Positions 9,649 to 20,298 of a stretch of 64,000 bases of DNA are shown in pieces. The first letter of the stretch is position 1. Each line of letters begins with the position of its first letter. The position numbers were made by a program, and so were the translations under genes. Origin of the DNA: Bacteroidota bacterium (lineage in GTDB: Bacteria > Bacteroidota > Bacteroidia > UBA8524); assembly GCA_016124735.1 (NCBI GenBank), contig WGMZ01000031.1, positions 121,992 through 185,991 of the forward strand, in the 5' to 3' direction. The notes beneath the pieces are model-generated. The model worked only from the letters and a program-made list of their open reading frames with translations. It searched no databases and was not told the origin of the DNA.

Positions 9649-10543
9649 TCTGGACATTTCCACAGAGAAATGGGATGCGTGTATACGCGATTCCGAACCA
9701 AGTCTGATCTATGCCTATTCCTGGTATCTGGATGAAGTATGCGATCAATGGGATGGGTTGGTATTAAACGACTACGAGGCAGTAATGCCATTACCATTCA
9801 CTAAATTCCTGGGCATTCGAATCGGACTCCAGCCGCTTTTCGCCCAACAACTGGGAATTTTTAGCCGGGAACTTATTGATCCTACCATCATCGACGCTTT
9901 TCTGAATTCAATCCCCGCAAAATTCAGATGGGTTCGATACCAGTTAAATTATCGAAATAAAGAAGTTCAATTTCCGACCCGAAGCAATTTTGTTCTGGAC
10001 CTAATTCAACCGTATGAACTGCTTCAAAAAAACTATTCGTCCAATCTAAAAAGAAATCTCAAAAAGTCTGTAAACTCATCCTGCGTGTTGCTGGAAGGCA
10101 TTGACTTTCCTTCCATGCTTGAGTTGATTGAATTTCATGCGCAACAAAAAAATACGGGGATCACAGGAAAATCAAAAAGCAAACTCAGCCAACTGATGAA
10201 TATTCTCACGAACAAAGGGGTATTGATGAGTGTTGGACTGTATTCTCCGATGAATCATTTATGTGCCACGGCGCTCTTTTTAAAAGACCGGGAACGAATC
10301 TATTACCTTGTTGGTGCCATGGATGATACGGGAAGAGACTATTATGGATTAGGACGGATAATGGATTATGTAATCGAAAAACATTCCGGGCAGGCCTATA
10401 CCCTCGATTTTGAAGGATCAGAAATTCCAGGTATTGCGCGTTTCATGCGTCAATTTGGACCACAGAACTCTCCATATCCCGTATATTTAAGAAAGGGATT
10501 TGGCCTTTTTAATTCTTTGATGACCCGAAAATTAGGTGACTGA
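9623..10543 (+). CDS. GNAT/FemAB-like acyltransferase-fold protein
   Basis: LDFEGSEIPGIARF near the C-terminus; start overlaps the end of the upstream gene. Confidence 0.7.
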   Translation: MSIIQYLRNLDISTEKWDACIRDSEPSLIYAYSWYLDEVCDQWDGLVLNDYEAVMPLPFTKFLGIRIGLQPLFAQQLGIFSRELIDPTIIDAFLNSIPAKFRWVRYQLNYRNKEVQFPTRSNFVLDLIQPYELLQKNYSSNLKRNLKKSVNSSCVLLEGIDFPSMLELIEFHAQQKNTGITGKSKSKLSQLMNILTNKGVLMSVGLYSPMNHLCATALFLKDRERIYYLVGAMDDTGRDYYGLGRIMDYVIEKHSGQAYTLDFEGSEIPGIARFMRQFGPQNSPYPVYLRKGFGLFNSLMTRKLGD

Positions 10544-10651
10544 AAAAGCCTGAATCGGGAAAATTTCGACAATCTCAATCCGGACCACCATTTTCCATCT
10601 TGTTTCCATCCAAAAAACCTTATTTTGCGGAACTTTTTGAAAAAGTGAATT

Positions 10652-12778
10652 ATGGCAGTTATTGAAAAAATCAGACAACGTAGTGGCCTTCTTATTGGAA
10701 TTATTGGTCTTGCGTTGCTCTCCTTTTTGATTTCCGACGCGATTAACAGCAACTCTAGCTTGTTCCGTGGACAAGATAATACCGTTGGAGTCATCGATGG
10801 AAACACGATTACGTATCAGGATTTCAGCGAGAAATCGCAACAGATTGCAGATAATCTGGAACAACAGGGTCAACCTGTGAACGAGTTTACCCAGAACATG
10901 ATTCGGGAACAACTTTGGAATGACTATTTCCAAAAACTTGTTGTCGATAAGCAGTACGAAGAACTGGGTTTGACCGTAAGCAATGTAGAATTGTTTAACG
11001 CGGTTACAAATCCTGTTGACATTCCTCAAATCAGAGATGCTCAGGCATTTAAAAATCCGGAAACACAGCAATTCGACCCAAACAAGGTCATCGAATACCT
11101 GAAAAACTTAGACAAGGACGAAACCGGCCAGGCGAAAAGACAATGGGTGGATTTCGAAGAAAAAAGTTTGAAGCCACTTCTTGTTCAGAAAAAATACAAT
11201 GCCCTGTTGAGTAAAGCGGTTTATCGTACCGCGCTTGAAACCAAGTTTGAAACTGAATCCAACCTGGTAAGTGCCGATGCAAAAGTGGTGGGATTTAATT
11301 TTAACAGCATTGTAGATGATTCGGTTTCAGTAAGCGATGACGAAATGCAAGCTTATCTGGATGCGCATCCGGATAAATACCAGCAAAAAGCAACTCGTCG
11401 CCTGGAATATGTAATGTTCGACATCTTTCCTTCCAAAGAAGACACATTAAAAACCCTGAATTGGGTTGAGAGTAAAAAAGAAGGATTCGAAACTGCAAGC
11501 AATGATACTACTTACATTAATAACTGGAGTGAGACCGGTTTCGACACTACCTTCAAACCTCGTGGTACCTTCCCGGAAACTGTGGATGAGCAAATCTTCT
11601 CTTCTCCGGAAGGTACAGTGATCGGACCAACCTACGAAGGAGGAAAATTCTCCATCTATAAAGTCCTCCATTTCAAAGAAGACACAGTTCCTTATATCCG
11701 TGCTCAGCAAATCCTGGTAAAACCAAGAGGAGGATACGAAAGAGAAGACTCATTGAAGGCATTGTCCAGAGCAAATGCAATGGCTGCAGCTTTGAGAAAT
11801 GGCGCCGACTTCACTCAAATGGCCAAAGACTCCAGTCAGGATTATCGTACTGCTTCCAAAGGCGGCGACCTTGGATGGATGAAAAAAGGAAGCGGAGCCT
11901 TGAAGCAAGAAGTTGAAAGACAATTGTATGAGACTCCATTGGGAGGAATCATTGTTGTTCGCAGTTCTACAGGTGTTCAGATCTTGAAGGTCACCGGCGC
12001 AAAAACCACTAAACTCGCCATGGTTGGCGAAATTGGACGTGTTGTAAACTACAGCAGCACCACAGAAAATGCCGTGTACGACAAAGCCTACCAATTCGCC
12101 GCCAACAGCCGCGATGGTAATGCATTCTCCGACAATGCAGAATCCGCAGGCTATATCAAACGCATCACGGAAGACCTTACTGAAGGCGACGCCACTATAC
12201 CCAATATTGAAAATTCCCGCGAGCTTGTTCGCTGGGCATTCAATCCAGATCGTGAATTAAACGACGTTTCTGATGTTATTACAGTCGATAATCGCTTTGT
12301 GGTTGCGCGATTGGTAGACATAAAAGAAGCAGGAATTGCGAAAATAGATGATGTACGCGAACGTTTGGAGAACGATACCCGCATACAGAAAAAAGCAAAA
12401 ATGCTGATGACCCGCATCAATGATGCAATGGCTCCGGATAAGTCCATTGAACAATTGGCTATCGACATGGGAGCGATTGTAAACAATGCCCCGAATACGG
12501 TATTCTCCAATCCGAACCTGCCATTTATTGGCAACGATCCGGCGCTGGTTGGAGCAATTATGGGTGCTGAAGTGAATAAAATGTACGGCCCTCTCGAAAC
12601 GACGAATGGGGTATATGCCTTCATTGTAACGAACCGTCAGGAAAATCCATTTCAGGGCGATTTGAAACAAGAGCAACTCAAAATGATCAACGAAACAGGC
12701 AATCAAATTACAGGTCGCGCTTTTGAAGCCCTGAAGAAGATGGCGGATATTAAAGATTACCGTTACAAATTTTTCTAA
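10652..12778 (+). CDS. ppiD: PpiD-like membrane-anchored peptidyl-prolyl isomerase/chaperone
   Basis: MAVIEKIRQRS plus TM helix, SurA-like N-domain, parvulin motif KGGDLGW. Confidence 0.88.
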   Translation: MAVIEKIRQRSGLLIGIIGLALLSFLISDAINSNSSLFRGQDNTVGVIDGNTITYQDFSEKSQQIADNLEQQGQPVNEFTQNMIREQLWNDYFQKLVVDKQYEELGLTVSNVELFNAVTNPVDIPQIRDAQAFKNPETQQFDPNKVIEYLKNLDKDETGQAKRQWVDFEEKSLKPLLVQKKYNALLSKAVYRTALETKFETESNLVSADAKVVGFNFNSIVDDSVSVSDDEMQAYLDAHPDKYQQKATRRLEYVMFDIFPSKEDTLKTLNWVESKKEGFETASNDTTYINNWSETGFDTTFKPRGTFPETVDEQIFSSPEGTVIGPTYEGGKFSIYKVLHFKEDTVPYIRAQQILVKPRGGYEREDSLKALSRANAMAAALRNGADFTQMAKDSSQDYRTASKGGDLGWMKKGSGALKQEVERQLYETPLGGIIVVRSSTGVQILKVTGAKTTKLAMVGEIGRVVNYSSTTENAVYDKAYQFAANSRDGNAFSDNAESAGYIKRITEDLTEGDATIPNIENSRELVRWAFNPDRELNDVSDVITVDNRFVVARLVDIKEAGIAKIDDVRERLENDTRIQKKAKMLMTRINDAMAPDKSIEQLAIDMGAIVNNAPNTVFSNPNLPFIGNDPALVGAIMGAEVNKMYGPLETTNGVYAFIVTNRQENPFQGDLKQEQLKMINETGNQITGRAFEALKKMADIKDYRYKFF

Positions 12779-12796
12779 GCCCTAAGATTTGCAGAT

Positions 12797-12825
12797 AAAA
12801 GCCAGCATTCGTGCTGGCTTTTTTT
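12797..12825 (+). terminator. Rho-independent terminator
   Basis: AAAAGCCAGCA-TTCG-TGCTGGCTTTTTTT. Confidence 0.9.
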
Positions 12826-12838
12826 ATTACTTTGTTTT

Positions 12839-13594
12839 ATGCTTCATTTCAGCGACCGTGGTAATGGACATACTTTGGTGATGCTTCATGGTTTTTGTGA
12901 AGATCATCGAATTTGGGAATCCTTCATCGCTCAATTTCCTGATAGCCTTCGAATTATTTGCATGGACCTTCCGGGTTTCGGAAAAAGCCAGAATGGACAG
13001 GAAGATTTAAATTCCTGGGCACAGTATTGTCTAGATACCTTAAAATCAGCCGGATTTGACAAATTTTCCCTTTGTGGCCATTCCCTCGGTGGTTATGTTG
13101 CACTGGCCATGCTGAATAAGGCTCCTGAAAGGATATTGCATTATATTTCTTTTCATTCCACCGCCGAACCCGACTCAATGGAGCGCGCCCAAAACAGACT
13201 TCGCCAGGTTCGCTTTCTCCAAAATTATGGGGTGGATCCTTATGTGAGGCAATTGGTGCCCGGATTATTCCGCCCGGGAACAGACGAAGTAATTATTCAA
13301 TATGCCCTGAATATTGCCTCGGAACAGAATGCCGAATGCCTGGCTTCCGCTTTAAGATCAATGCTTCAGCGGCCAGACCGGAATAAACTCCTGAAAAGTA
13401 TAAGCTGCCCTGTAATGTATATCAGTGGAGTTCATGATGCCATTTTAAGCATGGACACACAAACAACGCAGATTAATTCCTGCATAAAGGGGAAACATCT
13501 TGTCTTGAAAAATTCCGGACATATGGGAATGTTGGAAGAACCCGAAATATGTCGTGCCACACTTCTTGAATGGCTGAGTTTAACTCCTAGCTAA
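12839..13594 (+). CDS. Alpha/beta hydrolase
   Basis: LHGF, DLPGFG, GHSLGG nucleophile elbow, GHM. Confidence 0.92.
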   Translation: MLHFSDRGNGHTLVMLHGFCEDHRIWESFIAQFPDSLRIICMDLPGFGKSQNGQEDLNSWAQYCLDTLKSAGFDKFSLCGHSLGGYVALAMLNKAPERILHYISFHSTAEPDSMERAQNRLRQVRFLQNYGVDPYVRQLVPGLFRPGTDEVIIQYALNIASEQNAECLASALRSMLQRPDRNKLLKSISCPVMYISGVHDAILSMDTQTTQINSCIKGKHLVLKNSGHMGMLEEPEICRATLLEWLSLTPS

Positions 13595-14630
13595 GGTTCC
13601 AGGTGGCGCTGACAGATCGCCATTTGTCGAGACAAGATTGAAAATCATCCGGAAGTTCTGATTCGAAGTACATCTTTTCCTTTGTTTTCGGATGAATAAA
13701 TCCAAGTGACTTCGCATGGAGTGCCTGTCTGGGCAAGGTTTCAAACTGATTTTGAATGAACTGCCTGAATTTAGGCAATTGTATGCCCTTCAGAATTTTA
13801 TCCCCGCCATAGGTCCGGTCGTTGAAGATTGGATGACCAATGTACCGCATATGCGCGCGGATCTGATGGGTTCTTCCGGTTTCCAGCCTACATTCTATCA
13901 GGGTCGCATAATGAAAGCGCTCCAAAACTTTCCAGTGCGTGATTGCCGGTTTGCCTTTATCCGGGTCTTCAAAGACCATCATCTGCAAACGGTCCTTGGG
14001 ATTTCTGTCGAGGTTGCCCTCAATTGTGCCTTCGTCTTCCTCAAAATCGCCCCAAACCAAGGCCTGGTAACTTCTTTCAATGCTGTGGTCAAAGAATTGC
14101 TTCGCCAAATGGGTCATGGACAATTCGTTCTTGCTTATCACCAACAATCCGGAGGTGTCTTTGTCGATGCGGTGAACTAATCCCGGTCTTTGCTCGCCAT
14201 TTCTGGAAACCGGTAATTGATCGAAATGGTAAACCAAAGCATTGACCAGCGTCCCGGTATAATTATTAAATCCTGGATGGACTACCATTCCGGGTGCTTT
14301 ATTGACAATGAGCAAGTCATCGTCTTCAAAAAGAATATCCAATGGAATGTCTTCCGGGTACACCGTGGTATCTCTGGGCGGGTTAGGAAGAACCACGCTT
14401 ATTATGTCGAGCGGCTTTACCTTGTAGTTGGATTTAACCACGTGGTCATTAACCAAAATGCACCCTTCCTGCGCGGCATTCTGAATCTTGGTACGGCTGG
14501 CATTTTCAATGCGCAGCATCAGGAATTTATCGATGCGCAATAAACCCTGGCCTCTATCCACCTGAATTCGGAAGTGCTCATAGAGTTCCTGATCTTCATT
14601 ATCCTGATTGAATTCCTCTTCTTCGCGCAT
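13587..14630 (-). CDS. rluD: RluA/RluD family 23S rRNA pseudouridine synthase
   Basis: S4-like N-terminus, HRIDKDTSG, TGRTHQIR, QALHA. Confidence 0.95.
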   Translation of the reverse strand: MREEEEFNQDNEDQELYEHFRIQVDRGQGLLRIDKFLMLRIENASRTKIQNAAQEGCILVNDHVVKSNYKVKPLDIISVVLPNPPRDTTVYPEDIPLDILFEDDDLLIVNKAPGMVVHPGFNNYTGTLVNALVYHFDQLPVSRNGEQRPGLVHRIDKDTSGLLVISKNELSMTHLAKQFFDHSIERSYQALVWGDFEEDEGTIEGNLDRNPKDRLQMMVFEDPDKGKPAITHWKVLERFHYATLIECRLETGRTHQIRAHMRYIGHPIFNDRTYGGDKILKGIQLPKFRQFIQNQFETLPRQALHAKSLGFIHPKTKEKMYFESELPDDFQSCLDKWRSVSATWNLS

Positions 14631-14670
14631 GGTACAAAGATGCTCACATTTTGCCGATTGAATGGCCTAC

Positions 14671-14707
14671 AAAAGAAAAAACCCTTTTGTGTGTGGGCAC
14701 AAAAGGG
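14671..14707 (-). terminator. Terminator-like hairpin upstream of rluD with no annotated gene feeding it
   Basis: 10-bp perfect stem CCCTTTTGTG/CACAAAAGGG followed on minus strand by TTTTTTCTTTT. Confidence 0.7.
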
Positions 14708-14793
14708 CATTCATGTGTTTTGGTTTGGTTTGGTTTGACAGTATAAAGCTTGATATCTTTACGAGTACTAAGTTAACAATAAAATAATCATAA

Positions 14794-16035
14794 ATGCGTT
14801 ATCCGGTCACTGTTTTTTTTTCGATTTTTTCATGGATTCTCTCAATACCCGCATCGGCGCAGGTTATCAGCCAAAATAAAAATATGCCCAATGAAGTTTC
14901 CATCGCGGTTAATCATCTTGATGAGTCCTATATCGTGGTCGGAAGTAACATTAACAACCTCTATTCCAGTGCAGATAGCGGACAAAGCTGGAAAGAGTTT
15001 TCGATTCAAAGCACATTCGGAATTGGAGGAGATCCCTGCCTGAACTCAGATGATTCGGGGATCTTCTATTATGCTCACCTGAGTCGCACTCCCGGAAAGA
15101 AAAGACCCGAGTGGTACGACCGCATGGTAGTGCACCGCTCACTAGATGGAGGACAAAGCTGGAACGAAGGCGTTGGGGTTGGATTCAACAATGGGAAGAT
15201 GCAAGACAAAGAATGGCTATGCAGCGACGGCAACTCCAGTAGTCCGTACAAAGGCAACCTCTATATCAGCTGGACTGAGTTCGACGAATACAATAGCAGC
15301 GATCCCGACAAACATAGTCGCATCCGTTTTGCGCGAAGTACAGACCGGGGATTAAGTTTTGAAGAACCGGTGGTGGTATCGGATATGGAAGGAAATTGCG
15401 AAGATGATGATCAAACAGTTGAAGGTGCCACCGTTGCCATCGGACCTTTTGGAGAAATCTACATTGTCTGGGCAGGAAATGGTAAACTTTGGATGGATGT
15501 ATCGCTCGATGGAGGAAAAACTTTTGGAGTAGATAAAGTGATTGCAGATTTGCATGAAGGATGGACCCTGGAGATTGACCATATTTACCGAAGCAATGGC
15601 ATGCCATTTATTGCGTGTAACCCGCAGACAGGAGAGATATGGGTTTGTTTTAGCGATCGCAAGGAGGGAGAAGTAGCCCGAATTAATTTGTTGAGAAGTC
15701 CCGGCGATTTAAGTGTTTGGACAACCTACAATGTGGGCAATCCGGATATGGGCGATGTATTCTTTCCAAATGTATGCCTGAATCCACGCACGGGCCAGGT
15801 CGGTGTAGTCTATTACCAATGTCGTGGAAAAAAGAAAATGCAGGTAGACCTGTACTTGCTAAGTGCCTTGCATGCGCCATCGCATCAAACCTTATCCAAA
15901 CCGTTTAAGAGGCCGGGAAAAAAAGTGTTTTTCGGCGACTACATTGATTTGGACTATATCGGCAAGAGTTTCATAGCTACCTGGACCAGTTTTGAAAAAA
16001 AGAAGCTGGTAGTCCGGGTAAAAAGAGCCGAATGA
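14794..16035 (+). CDS. Secreted BNR/Asp-box (sialidase-like) beta-propeller protein
   Basis: Signal peptide; Asp boxes SADSGQSW, SLDGGQSW, STDRGLSF, SLDGGKTF; FFGDY. Confidence 0.8.
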   Translation: MRYPVTVFFSIFSWILSIPASAQVISQNKNMPNEVSIAVNHLDESYIVVGSNINNLYSSADSGQSWKEFSIQSTFGIGGDPCLNSDDSGIFYYAHLSRTPGKKRPEWYDRMVVHRSLDGGQSWNEGVGVGFNNGKMQDKEWLCSDGNSSSPYKGNLYISWTEFDEYNSSDPDKHSRIRFARSTDRGLSFEEPVVVSDMEGNCEDDDQTVEGATVAIGPFGEIYIVWAGNGKLWMDVSLDGGKTFGVDKVIADLHEGWTLEIDHIYRSNGMPFIACNPQTGEIWVCFSDRKEGEVARINLLRSPGDLSVWTTYNVGNPDMGDVFFPNVCLNPRTGQVGVVYYQCRGKKKMQVDLYLLSALHAPSHQTLSKPFKRPGKKVFFGDYIDLDYIGKSFIATWTSFEKKKLVVRVKRAE

Positions 16036-16114
16036 AGTACAAGTAGTTGTGGAGGAGAAATAATACCGGAACATAAATTATTTATAATTTGAATTTCAGT
16101 AAATTACTTCTATC

Positions 16115-16429
16115 ATGCTAGGAAACAGACCCTGGACCGATTGGATAAATGAGTATTCGAAGAGCCACCAAAATCCGGCGAATCGTCTTTGCCATATTAT
16201 TGGAATCCCGTTGATTGTCCTATCTATTGTCATGCTACCATTGGCCCTATTTTTCAAGGGGATTTGGATGTATTCCCTGGCTTTCTTTCTGATAGGTTGG
16301 GCATTTCAGTTTATCGGACATGCCTTTGAAAGAAAAGCTCCGGAATTCTTTAAAGATTGGCGCTTTCTATTTGTAGGTGTTCGTTGGTGGATTCAAAAGG
16401 TGCTGCTTCGCAAGGATAAAAGCAGCTGA
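16115..16429 (+). CDS. DUF962/Mpo1-like membrane protein
   Basis: SHQNPANRLCHIIGIP, FQFIGHAFERKAP. Confidence 0.85.
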   Translation: MLGNRPWTDWINEYSKSHQNPANRLCHIIGIPLIVLSIVMLPLALFFKGIWMYSLAFFLIGWAFQFIGHAFERKAPEFFKDWRFLFVGVRWWIQKVLLRKDKSS

Positions 16430-16458
16430 AAGCCGGGAGCTTTTTTATATTTGTCGCA

Positions 16459-17208
16459 ATGAAACTGCTTGAAAATAAAGTTGCCCTGATTACTGGCGCC
16501 ACGCGCGGTATAGGTAAGGGAATCGCTGAACGTTTTGCTTCAGAAGGTGCAGATGTAGCCTTTTCTTTTGCCTCATCTGAGGAGAAAGCCCGAAGCCTGG
16601 AAAAGGAACTGGAAGCCAATTATGGAATCAAAGCCAAAGGCTATAAGTCCAACGCCGCCGTATTCAGTGAATCAGAAGAACTGGTCAATAATGTGTTGGC
16701 TGATTTTGGAAAAATCGATATTCTGGTAAACAATGCAGGAATCACACGAGATAATTTATTAATGCGCATGACGGAGGAGCAATGGGATGAGGTAATCAAT
16801 ACCAATTTGAAATCCTCTTTCAATCTCACAAAAGCCATCATGCGTCCTTTCCTGAAACAGAGATCCGGCTCCATCATTAACATGACTTCCGTGGTCGGCG
16901 TAATGGGAAATGCAGGACAAGCAAACTACGCGGCATCAAAGGCCGGGATGATTGGATTTACGAAATCGGTTGCCAAAGAACTGGGTTCACGTAATATTCG
17001 CTGTAATTCGATTGCGCCCGGATTCATCGCTACGGAAATGACCGATCAATTGGGAGAAGAAACGCTGAAATCATGGTCTGAAAGTATTCCGTTGAAACGA
17101 GGAGGAACACCGGAAGACGTGGCCAATGCCTGCGTGTTCCTCGGTTCTGATTTGTCTGCCTACATCACTGGTCAAACATTGCATGTAGACGGTGGTATGT
17201 TGATGTAG
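16459..17208 (+). CDS. fabG: 3-oxoacyl-ACP reductase
   Basis: TGATRGIG, NNAGITRD, NYAASKAG. Confidence 0.97.
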   Translation: MKLLENKVALITGATRGIGKGIAERFASEGADVAFSFASSEEKARSLEKELEANYGIKAKGYKSNAAVFSESEELVNNVLADFGKIDILVNNAGITRDNLLMRMTEEQWDEVINTNLKSSFNLTKAIMRPFLKQRSGSIINMTSVVGVMGNAGQANYAASKAGMIGFTKSVAKELGSRNIRCNSIAPGFIATEMTDQLGEETLKSWSESIPLKRGGTPEDVANACVFLGSDLSAYITGQTLHVDGGMLM

Positions 17209-17301
17209 GTTATAGAGATTTTAGAGGATTTAGACTTTTTAGACGAATAAGAGATTATGTCCTTCATCCCTACCTTGGCTATATCAAATTAAAACAAACA
17301 A

Positions 17302-18813
17302 CTATTCTACAATTACTTTAGCAGAATAGGTATTCCCAAGATAATCCTGTATGCGGAGCAGATAGATGCCGTGAGCTAATTTCCGGGTATCCATCTCCTT
17401 TGCTGCAGGATTTATAGTTATACAGCGACCCTGCATATCGCAGAGCGTAATCGACTGCGCTTCCTTTTCATGGGGCAACTCCCAGTGCAGAATTCCACTT
17501 GTGGGGTTTGGGTAACATTTCAGCTGGCCCTGAATTTTAGGTCTTGCTAAACCAGAAATATTTTGCTTCCAATAATTCTGCACCTCATCCGCATGGATAT
17601 AATAATCGCAAATATTATCTAATACACTCTTTTGTTTTTGAGTGAAGATATAGGCAATATCCAACTTGATAATGTCTCCATGATTCAGTGAAACCGGTCC
17701 GGTGGTGCCAAGCATATTTCTTCGTCCCGGCACAATACCGGAACTTCCATATTCCGTCCATCCACTTCCTTTGCAGGGGTCGCCCTGAAAAAGAAATGAT
17801 TTTTGCGACGAATTGGGATCCGATATTTCACTTCCATCCTTCCACTTTGCTTTCATATACCCGTAGTATTCCTGGGGAGTTTCGGGCCAGCCCATATAAT
17901 TGTTTGTGTTCCAGTTGAATGAAATACTCTTATTCATGCGGGCATTTAAAAACTTGACGCCCATCACCGGTGGTTGATCGAGATAACCATTGGAATCATA
18001 AGGATAACCGTTGTAACAGAAATAACTGTTTCTCGCGCTATCGGTACTAATGTAATTATCACCATCAAAACCCAGCATAAAGTCGGTGTAGATTCCGGCA
18101 TACACTGAATCGTAGCGGGAGTAACTTCGATTTATTATCCGGTACTGAACAAAAACAACCTGCGGAAGTTCAGACATGGTGTATACCATTTGATAGACTT
18201 CCAAACCCATGGCTTGTGTGCCGCTCTGTTGATGATACGGACGCTTGTCGTTGTAAATCGAATAGGCCGCTTCCTGTCCTTTGAAATATGGTATTTCGCC
18301 GGAATCCGGCTCATAAATCATGTTTTGATTCAGGTCAATAAAGGGCGCCAATACCGGACTGTAATCTCCGGGCCGTGAATTCGATCCGGGCCAGTTTTCG
18401 ATCACCCAGGGTGCGGTATAGTTTGAGTTGTTGTAAGCTGATTTATGGATAGCCACTTGCGCGGAATCTACATGCCAAGTGAAATTCCAATAGGATGTAT
18501 CGTCTGCCTGTATTGTGCTCCGGTCTACTGGGCCTGGTTGAAAGTCTCTGCCGCTGCTGTCGTAACATGCAATGGCCAAACGAATTCCTCCGGAGCTGTC
18601 TTGCCCCCCTACCCACAGCCCGGAAGAGCGGATACCATATACTCCGGAACCTTTAGGCACTTCAAACCCAGGTTTTCCACGGTTTTCGAAATTAACCCCG
18701 GCATTTTGTACATAATAGCGTATTCCTCCCATTTGAAGCACTTCGATGCTTTGCTGGCCAAACAGAATGGTATTGAGAAAGATGAAAAAGAAAAACCCTG
18801 CCTTGCGTTTCAT
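17302..18813 (-). CDS. Secreted protein with T9SS type A C-terminal sorting domain
   Basis: Signal peptide; C-terminal YPNPTSG...GIYLLRI...KVIVE. Confidence 0.85.
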   Translation of the reverse strand: MKRKAGFFFFIFLNTILFGQQSIEVLQMGGIRYYVQNAGVNFENRGKPGFEVPKGSGVYGIRSSGLWVGGQDSSGGIRLAIACYDSSGRDFQPGPVDRSTIQADDTSYWNFTWHVDSAQVAIHKSAYNNSNYTAPWVIENWPGSNSRPGDYSPVLAPFIDLNQNMIYEPDSGEIPYFKGQEAAYSIYNDKRPYHQQSGTQAMGLEVYQMVYTMSELPQVVFVQYRIINRSYSRYDSVYAGIYTDFMLGFDGDNYISTDSARNSYFCYNGYPYDSNGYLDQPPVMGVKFLNARMNKSISFNWNTNNYMGWPETPQEYYGYMKAKWKDGSEISDPNSSQKSFLFQGDPCKGSGWTEYGSSGIVPGRRNMLGTTGPVSLNHGDIIKLDIAYIFTQKQKSVLDNICDYYIHADEVQNYWKQNISGLARPKIQGQLKCYPNPTSGILHWELPHEKEAQSITLCDMQGRCITINPAAKEMDTRKLAHGIYLLRIQDYLGNTYSAKVIVE

Positions 18814-18864
18814 TTATTTCAAATTAAACCAAAGCAGGGTAAAGACTGAAAATTTTTCGTTGTA

Positions 18865-20298
18865 TTAGAAGTTATATCTCACTCCAGTGAACAAATTGTA
18901 GGAATTATACTTCTGAGTCATCCCGAAAGAGGAATTAGTTAATGATGTCACTCCGAAGCGCAAACCCGGTTCAAAGAGCAGGTCGAAATGCTTATCCAGT
19001 TTGTAACTGGCTGTCAGATTGAACATCACGTTCAGGCCTGCATACCCTTTGTATGGATTAGATGCCCCATTCAATTTGATTACATCGGTCACCGATGGGT
19101 TCACGATTTGACCTCTTTGACGGAATGCCAGGTTAAAGACCGGCCCGCCAGAAAGCCCCAGATCCCATTTATTCGTAGTATACATGTGGTAATTCAACAA
19201 GATTGGAATATCCAGGAAGGTATAGGAATTTGATGAGCGGAAAGTGGTAGTACTTCCCGGCATGGTATCCTTCACCTCGTAAGTAATCTTTTGAGGACCA
19301 TTGATTGGGTCGATGATATACCCTGTTTTTTGGTATACGTTGATTTGATCGGGGGAAGTATAATTGAAATTAAGGTTCTCATGAATCTGGCTAAAAGATA
19401 GGCCGGAACGAACACTTAAGATGCGGTTGAAACGGTATTCTGCTCTCATCTGGAAGGTGTAAGCAGCGCCAACTTTCTCGTATTTATTTCTTGCATTCCG
19501 ATAGGCTGGATTGCCTCCCTGAAAATGACGGTTTACAAAGTCGTAAGATCCAAGAATTTCTACCGACCAGGGTGAAGGAGTAATCGGAGGATTGACCACC
19601 GGCTGCTGCGCTTTTTCCGGTTGCGGATCGTTCGCTTCCTCAGATGATTTCACCAGAGGATCTTCTGTCACTTCCGGAATTTCCTCTCCTTGTACCTCTT
19701 CAACGATTTGCTCATTGTTTTCCATTTGCTCCGGAACGTCCACTTTTTCCTGCTCTTTTGGAGGAGTCACATTCGTTCCGTTTTGAGCCAGCTCCGTTTT
19801 AGAAGGCTCCTCCTGTGGCGCCATTTCCTGCGGTGTTTCTTCTGATGCCCGATTCTGAGGAGTAGCATTACTTGCCCGAGTTGGAAGTTCTGCTCTGAAT
19901 GGATTTGTTGTTGCCGGCAGTTGATTTGTTGACGCTTCAGATTGAAAAGATTGATTTTCTGCCTGCAAATCTGTGATAGAAGGAGCTTCTTCGCTTTTCC
20001 CTGCGCTTCCGGATGGAGCCTCTGGAGCAGGGGCTTCATTCACGGCCTGGGTTTGACTCAAGGCATGGTCATCTATCTTACCGTCTTTCAAGATCAGTAT
20101 AGCTGCTGAACTTATCAGGACAAGCCCCGCTGCCAGTGACATATACCAGCGGGCATTCTGTTTAAAGTTGTTAATCAACTTGTAAACAGGCGTACGTGTC
20201 TGATCAATCCTTTCCCATACATGCATGGGGGGTTCTACCGAATATTGGTCGAGCCCGTCACGGAACAGATCATCAATGGGATGCCTATTTTCGTTCAT
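18865..20298 (-). CDS. Putative anti-sigma factor with C-terminal outer-membrane beta-barrel
   Basis: IDDLFRDGL...EPPMHVWERI N-domain, TM helix, long P/E/Q-rich linker, amphipathic strands ending GVRYNF; overlaps the end of the sigma gene. Confidence 0.75.
   Translation of the reverse strand: MNENRHPIDDLFRDGLDQYSVEPPMHVWERIDQTRTPVYKLINNFKQNARWYMSLAAGLVLISSAAILILKDGKIDDHALSQTQAVNEAPAPEAPSGSAGKSEEAPSITDLQAENQSFQSEASTNQLPATTNPFRAELPTRASNATPQNRASEETPQEMAPQEEPSKTELAQNGTNVTPPKEQEKVDVPEQMENNEQIVEEVQGEEIPEVTEDPLVKSSEEANDPQPEKAQQPVVNPPITPSPWSVEILGSYDFVNRHFQGGNPAYRNARNKYEKVGAAYTFQMRAEYRFNRILSVRSGLSFSQIHENLNFNYTSPDQINVYQKTGYIIDPINGPQKITYEVKDTMPGSTTTFRSSNSYTFLDIPILLNYHMYTTNKWDLGLSGGPVFNLAFRQRGQIVNPSVTDVIKLNGASNPYKGYAGLNVMFNLTASYKLDKHFDLLFEPGLRFGVTSLTNSSFGMTQKYNSYNLFTGVRYNF

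Noticed and set aside
6195..10543. Capsule or O-antigen locus
   Set aside because: Only gmd-fcl and a deacetylase/GNAT pair are present; no glycosyltransferases, wzx or wzy.
17209..17257. TAGA-rich 9-10 bp periodic tract after fabG
   Set aside because: Too short and degenerate to assign to a repeat family by eye.
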